This document shows, one piece after another, positions 50,837-62,438 of a DNA stretch of 64,000 nucleotides (within the stretch, counting starts at the first letter, position 1; each line of letters starts with the position of its first letter). The notes under the pieces were generated by a model that was given only the letters and a program-made list of their open reading frames with translations, searched no databases and was not told the DNA's origin. The stretch comes from Amoebophrya sp. A120. Taxonomy: Eukaryota > Protista > Dinoflagellata. The DNA is taken from positions 5,243,994 to 5,307,993 of the forward strand of contig CAJINV010000001.1 of assembly GCA_905178155.1 (NCBI GenBank), given 5' to 3'. The translations under genes and the position numbers were made by a program.

Positions 50837-51154
50837 GGGCGCGCTGTGGTCCAGCGTATCGTCCAGAAAAATGCTACAGCACGTGCTGCGTAGGCTGCGC
50901 TGCAGAGGCAGAGTTCGGGCAAATGCAGAAGCAGTGTTAGCTTGCTTGAGATAGGAGCGAACATACCCTCAACGTACATGTTTGTGCGTCGGAATGGTCT
51001 GCTCCACTCTTTCTCTTTCGAGCAACGAATCAGATTGATAAATCAATATAGGCTTCATACAAGACCCTACAATACAGGAAATTGTAATTGATCGTATCCA
51101 TAACGGAGACATCGACATTTGCACCGCCAGCGGCATGAGAAATACATCATCAGG

Positions 51155-53270
51155 CTAGCGCTTTTCTGTGTGATATCTTCGTGCTCCTGTCTCGCGAGAT
51201 GACACGCCTCCAGCCGCAGGCCGTCCCTGTCCTCCAAGCGCAGGCGTGGCGACTATTTGACCAGCACCAGTGACACGGTCATATTCATACCCATATCCAC
51301 CCATCAGCTCGTCGCCCTGACCCGTGTTAGAGTTTTGAGTTTTTAGTATTCCGCCAGGCACAGAGGTTGGCCTGTTCGCGACAAAATGTGTGTACCAAGG
51401 CCCTGGGTGAACTTCTAATCTTGTGCCGAACAACATGTTGAAGCTCCAGAAGGTCGGGGTGTAAGGAATACCGCTATCTAATTGAAAATGGTCCCTGAAG
51501 CAACTGCAAATGATCTGTTGTCATGCTTAGCAGAATGAGTTTCGCACTTAGAATGAAAATTCTCGAAGCATGTGCCGGCTATGCAAAAGCGCCATCCGAT
51601 TCCCGACAACACTAGCTTACGTGCAGCACTTCTTGTGTAGTTTATTCCGCGACCACGCCGTTTCGTGGAATGACAGTCCTCAAATGCGACCAGCTACTCA
51701 GCACCATTTTCATCGCCATAAGCAACACTCGTCGGCGGTGGAATCTGATACGAGCGAAGGAAAGAAACGTAATAGGCATGCTGGTGCCTCAAGTAGCAAT
51801 CGCTGACTCTGAGCTTCAGGCAGCACCGATTTAACATCTCGGAAAATTTGTAGAACGCTGCGCTGATGCGCAATACCGCAGGCGTCCTCAAGGAACCTCG
51901 ACGACGACCCTACGTATCCACATGCCGGTGACCTCCAAGCCCCGGCCAGAAATGCTCGCATCTAGAACCTGCGGACGAACTATGGTCTGGGCACCGCCCT
52001 TTGTAACCCGGCGGCCCCCACCACTCACATAAACCGCCATCAAACACTTGCAGTGAGCACTTTGTTCTTCTTCCCTCATCGAGCCGAGCTCATTGAGAAT
52101 TAACATAGGCACGAAGAAAGGAAATGAGAAACTTGTGAAGGGCTAATCAAAACAGAATGACTTCTAGGATTGTATACTTGTCCGGTGCCCGTATGGCCTT
52201 GCGGTGCCACGACCTGAACACCAGCACCTTGTAGGGTCGGGTTCGAGTGGGCCGTATTCGTAAGGAACGCGTGCCCGGTTCCTGCATGGTGGCCTGGCGG
52301 AGTTACACCGCGTCTATGGGAATGACGGCGCAAACACGAACAAGGGCTGCCTCGTATATCTATGTATGTAGTGCATCAATGTCCGAAGCGGAGGTCCACC
52401 ACGGAGAATCAATGGTGATGTTCTTCATCCGGATTCCAATTTCACACTTCTCAGTACGGCTACTTCTGTATTTGTATAACTGGGTAGTTATCATGCCATA
52501 TAACTCAAAGCAGAGTGTTTGCCCGATGTACTGGCATATGCCCAATTCCGACCAGAAGGCGATCTGGGGTCGCGAGGACCACGACTCGCCTCCACCCCTC
52601 CAGGCTGCAGAAGTAACAAGTACACCACCGTGGCCGAAGCCATGTACTTAGCCGTCGCCCCGTGCCACATCGTTTTGATCGCCGAGGTGAAGAAAGTTCG
52701 TCCCTCGGCGTCGGTAAATCTCGGTCGGTGCGTTCCTCGTGGTCTGAGACAGTACGGAGCTCCCCAGTACTGAACACAAAAATTCGTAGTTTTTAGTAGC
52801 AAGAAGTACAGAAATGACAATTGATAGGGCGTAAGTCCCGGTGGGCCTCACTTCCCTCTAAAGTTAGATGACCGAAACTCCGGACTCTGAAAGTGGCAGT
52901 GCTCGAACGCGCTTTTGCTTGATACTGGTAAGTAAAGGAGTCGTGTGTATTACCTGCTCTAGGATGTTCTTCTTTTCTTGTACAATGAATCGGTAAGTGA
53001 GGAGACCTAGTAGACCGCGGCAGATGAGTAATGTGCTCACTACCCTGACTGCCCTATGTCCCAACTTTGACTGGAGATTTATGGAAAGAAAAAGCGACTG
53101 TAAGCGTCCTCGCAGAAGTGGATACAAAGACGACCGAGAACTACGTCTGCATGTTGAAATCTGAATGACGATTACATTCGGATCTTGCTACTTGGAGACG
53201 AAAAATGAAAAGCTGCATCACTCGCCAGCAGCACCGCCACCGGCTATAGCGAGGAGGAGGTACATGTGTT
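51155..53270 (-). CDS. Hypothetical multi-exon protein, possible H-Y-E class (PARP-like) ADP-ribosyltransferase domain
   Basis: TMWHGAT..SGRNWAYASTSGKHSALSY..CKCLMAVYVSGG resembles the HG[ST]..G.Y.S/T..A..Y..C.V.G layout. Short hydrophobic start MYLLLAIAGGGAAG near 53265. Confidence 0.35.
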
Positions 53271-54128
53271 CACAAGCCGCATCGGTGAAAGAGGAAAGAA
53301 CGTAGTGAGCCTTGTGATCCCGTTGGGTGTGATCCTTCCAGATTGAACGGCTGGAATATTGAGAGCCTGATCCAGCGACCTGCTGACCCATAGCGCAGCA
53401 GCAAATGGAGCCCGATCATGTCAGCTGGCAGATGCAGACTGACAATGTCCGCAAAGGGGATCCCTCAGAATCAGAAAGCTGCAGTGGAACAAATTGAAAG
53501 ATTGAGCAAAAGATCATCTACTTCACGCCGACATCACTATGTTGATCTCCTCGATCTTTCCTACGGAGACAGGACTCCGCTAGACCGTGCAGCATATCCT
53601 TCTTCAACATCACCACTGCGAAGTGCTTAGGAGCATCCTCATGATCTTCGACTTCGACCACAGACCGCTGCTTCTAGTCGTACTATAAAGGTACTCAAGG
53701 TAGTAGACGCTAGGGAAAATAACAATTGCATTGGAACAGGCAAGTGTTACCACACGATAGCATGTGCTGCACGAGGTTGAACCGCGTGACAGAAAGGCAA
53801 GCTACTTGTACTCCACTGAATTATCAATATGAACAGAAGGAGAAGTCTTCTCTTTGTTCTTGGTTAGTGCATAATGACATTCCGCAGAAGGCATGACACG
53901 ACATGCTCTCTTACTCTTGTCGAAATGTCCTGTGTTTGCAGCTTCTACACAAACTGCACTGGCTCGCGGCTGCCGGAGAGGTAAGGAACCGGAGTAAGGC
54001 CGCCCCAGACGGAAAACAGAAACACTAAACAGAGTGATTGTCGTGATGCACTCGCATTACTTTAACCCTTCTGTTCGCGGTCCTCCAGCCCCAGAGCGGA
54101 TATTTGCGACGTGCAACATTTCCTCCTC

Positions 54129-55375
54129 TCACGTCTTCAGCACCACCTGAGGTTTGAGCGCACACAGGTGCGTCAGATCCCGATACTTTTCCTGGTGGTC
54201 GAGCGAATACCCGACCACAAACTCGGTGCTGGGCAGCGTGAAACCGCAAAAGTCCGCCTTGAGCGGCACGTCGCTGGACTGACGCTTTTCCAGCAGCGTG
54301 GCAATCCGCAGTGACTTCGGTCCGTACTCGCGCAGCTTGGCGCAGAACAGAGCCAGGGTCTATCCTGAGGAAAAACGTCCCCACACCAGAGTCAAGTTGG
54401 GGACTTAGCAACACAAATCCAGAAGTTTTGGGAGCCACGCAGGACAAGTTGCAGTCCGTAGTGTAGTGCATGTTAGCAAGGAAAACCGCATCACAAATCC
54501 ATCTTCTTATCCTGTTTGCAGCATTACAAATTTAAAAACACGACTGGTAATGCCTCCCATGGAGATGCGCATTACAAGTCTTCCTGTCATCGCAAATCTG
54601 CATGACAACTCTGGGGCGGGGACATTTTTACTCAGGATACGGTCTTTCCGGTGTTTATCAAATCCTCGCACACTAGCACATGCTTGTCCCGAACGCATGC
54701 CAGGTTCTCCGACACAATCGTGATCTCGTGCGAGTGGTTGTCGCCCAGTCGCGCGATAACCTGAAATTCGAGGAAGAGCATCGTCTTTTCGCGCAGTTCA
54801 CGATTGATATCGCAAAGCAAGCACCTACTCTACTTCCACTTGCATTCATACATTAGTGAAAAGTCAACCTAGCAGGAGCGAAACCGAAAGCAAACTAGAC
54901 ACACGCTGGTATGAAATTCAAATTCTGCTGCACAAATCTGACCTTATACTATTGACACCGACAAACACATCAAACACACCGTGCAGAAATTTTCGAACCG
55001 ACTAGACAGTACCTCGGACTCGCTTTTACTGCCCTCGGCCCCGGGCTGCAAAATCCTGGCGTAGTGTTCGAGAAAGGGTGCCTGCGAGCTGCTCGAGTAG
55101 CATGCCATGCGAGTCAGGTACTTCAGCAGGGTGGTAAAGAAGCCCCGACTTCCCTTCAAAACGCACATGAGATGCAGCTCCTCGTCGGGGTTGTACTGGT
55201 TTCTGATGTCCATGGCGAGCTTCTCGATGCGGTCCTGAATCATCCCGTTGGAAGCCAGCACCTTGCTCACGTCGTCCTGGTAGTGGTAGGACAACAACAG
55301 ATGCGCATTCTGCAGCGCAATGGTTTCCTGCGACCGCGTCAGGTCGATGGGCTGGTGGCCGGACGCCGCCGGCAT
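54129..55375 (-). CDS. HPRT: Hypoxanthine-guanine phosphoribosyltransferase, 3 exons (55375-55013, 54760-54641, 54359-54129)
   Basis: IQDRIEKLAMDI..MCVLKGSRGFF; PRPP loop VLVCEDLINTGKT; SLRIATLLEKR..ADFCGF..FVVGYSLD..YRDL. Both introns are GT-AG. Confidence 0.93.
54360..54640 (-). mobile_element. MITE-like TIR introner (281 bp) forming HGPRT intron 2, with 3-bp TSD ACC
   Basis: 33-bp imperfect TIRs gtatcctgagtaaaaatgtccccgccccagagt / ctatcctgaggaaaaacgtccccacaccagagt. On the + strand, ggt flanks both sides (54357-54359, 54641-54643). The element ends supply GT and AG. Confidence 0.85.
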
Positions 55376-56334
55376 GATTCTTGCGTTGGTTCTTTCTTGC
55401 GAAAATGGCAAGAAAGACCCTGAAGGACGTGCAGATGCAGCCCAACGCTCGTTACTGATTCCTGAGACGGAAGAAGATGATCCTGAAATTCTGTATTTAC
55501 CACACCGATGCGAAGCAAAGGCTCCGGCAGTCGTACAGTTCCTGAGAGTGCTCGAACAGAAATTCGGTGCTTCGTCCCCCTTGGCTCGGAATGGGCTCTT
55601 GAAGTGAAAGCAGTAAGAACGTGACTTACTACAATATTCCTGAGTTACGACACAGTCAGCTTCTATCGTCGATCGTGTACTACACAGTGTGCTGCACCTG
55701 CATACCGAACGTGCGGTGTCGACGTCACCTGGTGTTTTATAGCCGACAACGAATAAAGCTCCACATCGCCAGAGGAACTTGTTGTTGTTACCGGCTAACA
55801 ACAAGAACAACAACCGCCCTGCTGCCTGAATTATTTCATTGGGTCACGTCTTGAAGACAGCTGATCGTGTCGCTTCAATGTCGCGGCGCGCTCGCACACT
55901 CCCTGCGTTCTCCGGCTTCGCCCGCTCCTGTTGACAATCTGTTCCTGCTGGCGCAAACCTGTTTTGCATCACTGGCCCGACAGAAACACTGGCTCCGTCG
56001 AGACTTTTCACTTTGATGAACTATTACACGACGCTAAGGAACGACCACACCTAGCGAAAGAACCTGAAAATTATGGTGCGGATCTGGAATGGGCGCGGAT
56101 CTTGCTTTTCATCGATCCCGTTGGTGCGTGAGGTAAAACAAGCGGATCCGACTTCACGCTTTTTAAGATAAGTACTCACACGGGTCTCGGTTGTGGATAT
56201 TGATAACTGCACAAAAAACGCTTGATGCCGATGTTGATGGTGATCACTTTTGCAGTGACGGGATGGTTGTGCTTCTGGTAGTGTTTGGACGAAGAACAAA
56301 CTACTAGCGTTGGAGCGACAAACAGAGACTCAAA

Positions 56335-56500
56335 CTTGTTGACGATTGATGGTGGTGGTGCTTGTTGGTGGTTTGTGTTGCTTGTTGGTGGTTTGTGGTG
56401 CGTGTTGGTGCTTGTTGGTGGTTTGGGAAGACAAAGACAGACTCAAATTTGTTGATGATGATGGTGGTGGTGGATGTTGGTTGTTGGTGGTGGTAATTGA
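56335..56500. repeat. G/T-rich low-complexity tract (ggt/gtt microsatellite with tgcttgttggtggtttg x3)
   Basis: Directly visible repeats in intergenic DNA. Confidence 0.8.
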
Positions 56501-57229
56501 AATAAGTGTCTGTTGCTTTGCATGATGGTGCGTGCGATCGTTGGTGATGCGTCTCGTCTCGTTTCGCAACAATTAGCTGGACAGACCCTATGTATTCGAA
56601 CTCCCCGCGATAGCGGCGTCTACAGCTGGAGACTTTGATCGCCTGTATATCACTACTCCTTGCTCGAGAGATCTGCTTCTTGACTTCGTTGCTACTTTGC
56701 TCGTTAGAACACTTTCAACACAACGGATAGTGTCAATGTGGATCTTGATCGCTGTGTGATTCATTGCTATCACCAGAATTGTGAGTTGTGCACGTGCAGG
56801 ATGCTGGTGCAGTGCTTATTCATTGTCAGAACAAGACTTCCTCGTGACATCCTCGACTTCTTCGTGATTCTACTGTCGATCATTTGTCGAAAGGCCCTTG
56901 CTGCGCCACAAGATTCGGACAGGCGTCTCAGTAGCCTGAAAACAAGAAAGTACTGGTTTCCAACAAGATCGTGTACTTCTTTCTACACGACAGTAGTCAT
57001 CCTGCCGCTGCTGCCCAGCCTGAAACGTACCGTTATCCAGCGCGCATCAGCATTTTCCTGTTTGTCATCGCCAAAGGACACCAACATGAATGCTGCATGG
57101 CAAAGTACAACAAGCAACATCCGGGGCATTATACTCGGAGACGTTCCTCGCCACGTCGGCGCAGCGTCAGCTGCGCGCCACCATATTCGATCGTCGTTCC
57201 TCTACTTCAACACCTATGATAGCCGAAGA

Positions 57230-59230
57230 TCACTCGATCGACCCGGTGGTGCTGGGCGTGCGTGGAGCGAACTTTCCGTCGCGGGCGTCGCGGACGAACC
57301 GCGCTACGCGTTCCAGCCCGACGGCCAACGTGTCCGGCGAACAGCCCGCAAAGCACAGGCGCAGGTGGTAGCACGCGTCTCCGAGGGCGGGCGCGTCGAA
57401 GAAACTGTGGCCCGGCGCCAGGAAGACGCGGTACTCCTCGAGCAGGATCGAAAACAGGTCCGCGCTCGGGATCCCGAACTCCGAGAAGTCCACCCAAACA
57501 AACACGCCGCCGTCCGCCCGTTTCCCCACCTCCGGCAGGTCGATGGACAGCCGGAGCTCGTCCACCAGCTTTTTCCGCACTGCCTGGCGCGCGAGCTGCA
57601 GTTCCTGGCACAGATCCGCCAGGTACTTGTCGATGAACCCCTTGTCCGCCAGCACCTCTGCTAGGACCGTCTGGTAGATGGCCGGCAGCTGCATGGGCTC
57701 GGCGTAGGTGCGCGCCTTGCGGAACAGCGAAGCGTGCGGCGAGTACATCACTCCGCACCGCAAACCCGCAAGTCCGATGTCCTTCGACAGCCCCCAAAGC
57801 GTCACATCGGCGTACCGCCACAGGCTCTGGAACCGCTCAGGAACTACGCTGCCGCTCTTCGCAGTCGATCCTGATGAGGGCGCGCCGGGAGCGGGATCGT
57901 CAATCACGAGGACCACAGTGCTGTCTCTGCGATCTTCTCGTGTAGGAGTAGTAGTCGCAGCCGCCCACTGTGGCGACTTGGCGTAGATCTCGTCGCTGAC
58001 GAGCAAAACCTCGTTTTGCCGGCACCAGGCCACCAGGCGCAGGCACTCCGCGCGAGTCCACACGTACCCCGTCGGGTTGTCGGGGTGGCACAACACACAC
58101 ATCCGCACGGCAACGCCGGCCTTCGTCTGCTCTTCCAGAAACCGGTCCAGCTCCGCAGCCGTTGGCAGCATATCGAAAGGAAAAATCCCCCCTCCCCATA
58201 TCGAAAACGAAATCTGTGATGCTGTATTTGAGGTCACAAATCAGATTTGTCTTGCTGGCGAGGACTGCAGGCCCAGATCAGGCCTGAGTAGACAAGTTTT
58301 GGCCTAGGCACTTAGCATGGCTGACGTCTACGCTGTAGGAGCAACAGCATGACAAACCGCCTGTAGAATGTGGCGGAGCCTGTAGACTTGCCTTCATGCA
58401 ATACAGCGACGATTTGTGGTCTCAAATCTGCATCACAAATTTTCAGAAGTGTCCCGGTTTGGTATGGGGACGGGGGATTTTTCCTCACAATACAGCATCC
58501 CCGGTGTCCGCAAGGGCAACTCCACGCACTTCACCCCGGCCTGCCCGCCGAAGTCAAATACAAAGCCCGGGTACCGCGGCGAAAAGTACATGATGGCGTC
58601 GGTCCTGCCGTCGGGGGCCCGGTCCGTCGCGCAGTCCGCCACCGTGAGGGCCAGGATTTGCATGCTCGAGGCCAGTCCGTTGGATATAAAGAGGTTCTCG
58701 TGCGGGATCGTGGTTGGGTTAGGGTTGTCCTTGTCGCCGTCTGGCAAGGCAGCAACATGAGGAACGTCCTCATCCTCATCGCTTTCCACAAAAACGTGGT
58801 CTAACAACACCCGCGCCATGGCGTCCTTGAGCTGCGGCGTGCCGTCGGTGTGCCCGTAGGAAAAGTGGGTCCCGCAGGATACTTTGACCCGGCATTGTTC
58901 GAGTCGGTGTTGGAATCGAGACGCCAGCAGCTTGTTCTCCGCCACTCCGAACCGAATGACCCCCTCCGGGTTGGTCTCGGGATCGTACAAAGGCTGTTGT
59001 GAAATCAGCTTCAGGTACTCCGGAACCGGGAACGTGTTGACGCGGCGGGACAAATAGGTTGTAGAATTGTCCATGCTCACCGGGTGCTTGGCAGGCCGCG
59101 TGATCTGGGACGGCAGACTGCCTGATGAGCAGGCGGAGGGAGGTTGATCGGGGATCCGTTCGTCCCGTTCGCCCGCCCTGGCCGGGACGGTAGTAGTGCC
59201 CATCGTCACAGGACCGCTGCAAGGCGACAT
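57230..59230 (-). CDS. ACC-synthase-like PLP-dependent enzyme (aminotransferase class I/II), 2 exons
   Basis: YDPETNPEGVIRFGVAENKL; YGHTDGTPQLK; SPRYPGF; LCHPDNPTG; LVSDEIYA; PLP lysine motif WGLSKDIGLAGLRCG; PGHSF..LRLCFA. The start may be 59074. Confidence 0.9.
58170..58493 (-). mobile_element. MITE-like TIR introner (324 bp) forming a non-canonical GT..AT intron, with 3-bp TSD GCT
   Basis: ~65-75-bp gapped TIRs gtattgtgaggaaaaatcccccgtccccatacc..atttgtgatgcagatttgagaccacaaatc / atatcgaaaggaaaaatcccccctccccatatc..atctgtgatgctgtatttgaggtcacaaatc. On the + strand, agc flanks both sides. Excision restores RTPGMLLPT in frame. Confidence 0.85.
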
Positions 59231-59990
59231 TTTGGCAGGCTCTTCCCCGCGAAGTTCAAGAAGTGATCAAATTTATTGATACAACTTACTTAGTGACGTT
59301 GGTGGAGATGCATTTGTTATTTGCAATAGTTTTGATGACAGGACCGTCGTTCGTCAACGTTATTCTGTTCAGCTAGACGGTCAGTGGCAAACACAAAGGA
59401 AGCCACGTGACAGCTGCGGTAAAACTGGTAGGAAAAAAGTCAGAAAGCACAAAAGTAGCACACAGAGTGGCATTGTTCACGACTTTCACGCACGATCCAC
59501 GGATCGATTTTGTTTCGTCGACCTTGCAGAAGATTTCGCACGAGGAGAACGAGTTCTGGTATTTGAGTACCGACAGCGATCAAATCATCTTCCTTTTGTG
59601 TAATTACATTCTTCACGGCGGGAAAACGGATCTACAAGAGGTCACAAGAAGAGATCGCCGATGACTTTTTTCATGCCATGTGAACCGCAGATTTCCTCTT
59701 GGAAAATTCCCGATACCAACATATTTGCTGCAATAAAGAGAGCGCGCGCCCCAGCCGATTCATGGTACCGATTTGGCATGCGAAGAGAATACTCCTGTTC
59801 CTGAACTGAGCATTTCTTCAAATTGAAAAAGAAAACGATCAGCATTTTCTCGTGTGCCGGCAGCGCGGACTTATTTGAGGAGACAGGTTTAGCTCCACGT
59901 AGTTCGTGGGGATCATCGATCATGTAGTAAACTTTCTACACCTGTTGAAATTTCGGATCTTCCCGAAAGCAGAACTGCCGTTGTCCTGAA

Positions 59991-61610
59991 CTACGATTTC
60001 CCGCCGAATTTCCGCGTGTACAATTTCGTGAGCTCGTGCTCGAAGAAGGTCTGCGCGAGATTCGGCTGCCGCATCCACACCTCGCAGGAGGAGCGCTGCA
60101 ACATTTCGTTCGCGATGACGATGCAATCGTGGATGTGGTCCTCCGTGACCACCGTGTGATCTTCCTCCAATTCGCGCGCCGACACGATCCCCGTTTTGTA
60201 CAGCAATTCCAGCTTCTCCCGCTTCGCCGGGTCCGCAGTCTTGTAGGTGCTCGCCCAGCTCCCGTTCCCCAGCCGCACCGACCCACGGCTGGGGTCCAGC
60301 TGGAGTCTCCACTCGCTCGGGTCCGACGGGTCGTGGTTGCTACTCGCACTCACGGAATGGGTGGACCGCTCCGGCGGAACAGGCTGTGCCGAGGCCGACG
60401 CCGATCCCATCCCGCCGCCGAACAGATTCGCAGCGGGGTTGCTAGTATAGAACTCTCCACTCATCCGCGCGCCGCCGCCGATCGAAGTAGTAGTTCCGGA
60501 CAGTCGGTAGTCGTGGTCCCGTCGCTGCAGAGCGACGGCGCCGCTGATCGACGATTCGAGTGCGGCGGCGCGCGACTGCTGCTGTCGCAGCACTTGCGGA
60601 CTAGGCTGAAACTTCGGGCCGGTCTGCGGAACGTTCTGCCGCCGCTCGATGTATTCTGTTTTCGGGCCCCCGTCGGGCTCGGGACGGCCGGAGGCGGACG
60701 GACTGGACCGCACGGTCCCGGATACCGACGGAGAACTGGTTGCGCCGTCCGGCGACGACGCCACCTTCGACCCGCGCGCGACCGGAGCGTAGTGGCTGCT
60801 CGGCTGCGTTGCCGCCGCGAGCGCCCGGTACCGCCGCTCGGCAGACGTTGTTTCCAGGTCGCGCGCATGGGCAGTGCTGTAGACCTCCGACGCAGGGGGC
60901 GCGGGGGCAGAGGAAAATGTCAGATTGTCCGCAAAACTTCCCTGGTAGAGCGGCGGTGCCGCCCCTCCGTTTCCACCGAACTCGGAGCTGGTGGCGCTCG
61001 CGGCCGCCAGACTTTGACTGGTGGCAAGGTTGCTGCGCGGGTTGAAGTCCATCGCCACGGTCCGCTGGGAATCGGGCGCCGCACCGCGGTTCAGCGCGCT
61101 CGGAGATGCAGCAGATCCTCCGGCGGTGTGGACAAGCTGCACAGGAGCCTGGCTACGAGGTTGCGCCGCAGTGGTCTGCGCGGGCAGGATCGGGGTTCCT
61201 GCCAGGATGGTGCTCTGCACCAGGCTGCTGGGCGTCAGGGTGCCACCCGCCTCATTCCTCTCCGATGTAGTGACTACAGTTTGCTCCACATAATTTGATG
61301 AGCGTGACCGGCACAATTCGCGCAGGACTTGGAAAAACCGTTCTACAGCCGTTTTCGGCTCGTTTTCGGGAGCCGTTGCAGGCAAGGAGGGGAGAAACGC
61401 TGCCTCGCGAGCCGCAGATTTCTCAAGGACGTCGAAGTAGGCTTCTATCTGGTTAATCTTTCCAATGTGGCTTGTGAAGAAGCTCACCGATCGCTCCAAA
61501 ACAGCAAGGTGCTTCTGCAGCTCCTCCACTTGTCGCCCCAGCCGCCGCACCTCGGACGACGCGTCACCAGTAACCGTTAGTAACGCCGGTGAATCGGGCC
61601 CGTCAGACAT
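59991..61610 (-). CDS. Hypothetical protein: N-terminal coiled coil, Ser/Pro/Ala-rich linker, globular C-terminal domain
   Basis: Uninterrupted 539-aa ORF with coding-like composition. Heptad-like VRRLGRQVEELQKHLAVLE and an ordered C-terminus WASTYK..LELLYKTGIV..FFEHELTKLY. Confidence 0.75.
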   Translation of the reverse strand: MSDGPDSPALLTVTGDASSEVRRLGRQVEELQKHLAVLERSVSFFTSHIGKINQIEAYFDVLEKSAAREAAFLPSLPATAPENEPKTAVERFFQVLRELCRSRSSNYVEQTVVTTSERNEAGGTLTPSSLVQSTILAGTPILPAQTTAAQPRSQAPVQLVHTAGGSAASPSALNRGAAPDSQRTVAMDFNPRSNLATSQSLAAASATSSEFGGNGGAAPPLYQGSFADNLTFSSAPAPPASEVYSTAHARDLETTSAERRYRALAAATQPSSHYAPVARGSKVASSPDGATSSPSVSGTVRSSPSASGRPEPDGGPKTEYIERRQNVPQTGPKFQPSPQVLRQQQSRAAALESSISGAVALQRRDHDYRLSGTTTSIGGGARMSGEFYTSNPAANLFGGGMGSASASAQPVPPERSTHSVSASSNHDPSDPSEWRLQLDPSRGSVRLGNGSWASTYKTADPAKREKLELLYKTGIVSARELEEDHTVVTEDHIHDCIVIANEMLQRSSCEVWMRQPNLAQTFFEHELTKLYTRKFGGKS

Positions 61611-62438
61611 GGTAGCAAGTATTTTGACAAAAGAAAGACGCGAATGTAAGTTAGTATCTTAGAACGTCGTATGGAACTTCCTTGGAGTAGAAAGGCTTAC
61701 AAGCGAAGGAGATCCCGAGAACAATTTGAATTATTACCGGGTCTTACTAAGAGTCTCGGCTAAACCTAGATGACCTCTTTACACTTGTTGGATCTTCCTG
61801 ATCTCCTGTGCCCTCTGGAACTCTCACGCGTAACCCTCTGAAATGAAGCGGACGAGAAAAAACTGTCGAGCTCTCGCATGCACCGTGGAAAAAACTCTCC
61901 TCTTCCGAGTTGAAAAGTCCTCCATATGCTCCACCACTACTTATCATCACACAGGCACGCGGTCACTTTAACAAACAAGAACACGAAGGCTGCGTATCAA
62001 GCCGTCCCTTTTGCGGCCGTGACAGAACCAGATTGGTTTTTTTTGATGTCGTACGGTTTTGAGCGTCCAATACATTGCTACCCGAAGACTCGATTGCTTT
62101 TCGGGCAGAAGGTGGTTTTTCAGGCAAAAAATCTCATCATCAATTTCATCACGATCTGGAAACATCCTTCAAAACCCTCTGGAAGTAGCGGAGTCGTTGT
62201 TTACATGAACCGGCTGTCCACACTTTCGTGATCCCCCCCTTCTCCGCCCATCGCAACCCTCTTCTTGCGATCCTTCTCCGCGTCCATTAGCTCCCTGTGA
62301 TAGTAGTGGTGATGTGGGTTATTTCCAAAAAATCCAGTTCATGTCGTTTTAATTCACCAATGAAGCAGAAGCATGTCGCTGTTCTGAATGAACGAACGAA
62401 GAGATGCTACCGTAGTAGTACACAACAAAAACTCTCTA

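Noticed and set aside
56330-56572. Thr/Asn/Gln/His-rich 80-aa ORF
   Set aside because: Translation of the G/T microsatellite tract.
56738-61298. Plus-strand ORFs 56738-57664 and 60036-61298
   Set aside because: They overlap well-supported minus-strand genes and have shadow-like composition.
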